Assembly: GCA_011773985.1 (NCBI GenBank)
Contig: WVWN01000078.1
Coordinates: 39,151-103,150 of the forward strand
From: Candidatus Zixiibacteriota bacterium
Lineage (GTDB): Bacteria; RBG-13-66-14; B26-G2; WVWN01
DNA length: 64,000 nt
Direction of reading: 5' to 3'
Shown here: positions 63,386-64,000 of the stretch, piece by piece
Layout of the letters: every line of letters starts with the position of its first letter
Position numbering within the stretch: position 1 is the stretch's first letter
Notes under the pieces: model-generated
What the model was told of the DNA's origin: nothing
Seen by the model: only the letters and a program-made list of their open reading frames with translations
The model's database searches: none
Position numbers and translations under genes: made by a program

Positions 63386-63514
63386 CTAAGCCGAGTTATT
63401 CCCTCGCCCCGGGTTGACGCCGTAGTTGCGGTAGAATTCGTACATGAAGTCGTGGACTTCCGCCGGCTTCGGGAACGTCGTGGAGGCGTTGTCGAGATAA
63501 ACTATTTCGGTCAC
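63386..63514 (-). pseudogene. N-terminal fragment of a class V aminotransferase (cysteine desulfurase-like)
   Basis: MTEIVYLDNASTTFPKPAEVHDFMYEFYRNYGVNPGRGNNSA*: typical YLDNA.T.FPKP...NPGR start, but stops after 42 aa. Confidence 0.75.
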
Positions 63515-63699
63515 GTAATTATCCTACGGCGATTATTTTGGGGAAACGGATAGCGGTCCGGCCGCGGCTCCGTATCGACCGCGGAGGCGCGTTCTTAGTC
63601 TATTTATCCATATACTTTTACGGGGGCCCTAAAAGGCGACGTTGTCATCGCGGCGGCGTTCGGTATCCCGTATCTCCTAATGGAATACGCCGCCCTTAA

Positions 63700-64000
63700 T
63701 TATATACAGAACGCCATCCTGTAAAGCTCCGTGGAGAAGTACCTCTCGCCGCGGTCGGGCAAGACCGTGACGACCCTCTTGCCCGGGCCGAGCCGTTTGG
63801 CCTCCCTTTGTGCGGCGATGACGTTCGCCCCGGAGGAGATCCCGACGAGGAGGCCCAGGCGGGCCGTCAGCTCGCGGGCCATTTCGAGGGCGTCGTCCGA
63901 GGTCGTGGTCTCAATGGCGTCGATGAGGGCCGTGTTTATGAGGTTGGGGACAAAGCCGTCGCCCAAACCCTGGATTTTGTGTTTGCCGGGTTCGCCGCCC
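63700..64000 (-). CDS. cysK: Cysteine synthase, C-terminal part (runs off window edge)
   Basis: HKIQGLGDGFVP, GLLVGISSGAN, VVTVLPDRGERYFST. Confidence 0.88.
   Translation of the reverse strand, partial: GGEPGKHKIQGLGDGFVPNLINTALIDAIETTTSDDALEMARELTARLGLLVGISSGANVIAAQREAKRLGPGKRVVTVLPDRGERYFSTELYRMAFCI

Noticed and set aside
1..64000. CRISPR array, rRNA, prophage or intact IS element
   Set aside because: No regularly spaced DNA repeats, rRNA-like sequence, phage genes or complete transposase were seen; the repeats found are protein-level (TPR, NHL, FG-GAP)

Overview
High-GC chromosomal window from a diderm bacterium: it has bacterial pheST and zapAB, sigma70-type promoters, lipoboxes and beta-barrel genes. 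It is probably an anaerobic FCB-related candidate lineage, which is an inference only. No CRISPR array, prophage or intact IS is seen. It carries housekeeping genes (pheS, a pheT lacking the OB domain, zapA/zapB, nnr, rlmB-like, thyX, tRNA-Ala(CGC), an ECF module, partial cysK) and several unusual systems. (1) A secreted Omp28/thioredoxin-like gene missed by the ORF track has an in-frame TGA in a UxxC motif followed by a SECIS-like hairpin, so it is a probable selenoprotein. (2) Three unrelated exported proteins end in the same motif, V-x-P-x-S-L-G-[RK]-V-[KR]-A-L-F-x-stop, a candidate protein-sorting signal. (3) Both subunits of the archaeal-type Glu-tRNA(Gln) amidotransferase GatDE are present. 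(4) A 16 kb tricarboxylate cluster holds citryl-CoA synthetase-like subunits (the large one fused to a ferredoxin domain), citryl-CoA lyase, two LeuC/LeuD-type hydratases, a homoisocitrate/isocitrate dehydrogenase and a neighbouring lysine 6-dehydrogenase-like gene. (5) A three-gene SDR-SPT-GNAT operon resembles bacterial ceramide synthesis. (6) There is a CRP/FNR regulator with a perfectly positioned binding site, along with degenerate pseudo-enzymes, non-canonical start codons, apparent leaderless genes and several pseudogenes. All family assignments come from reading motifs by eye; no database search was run.
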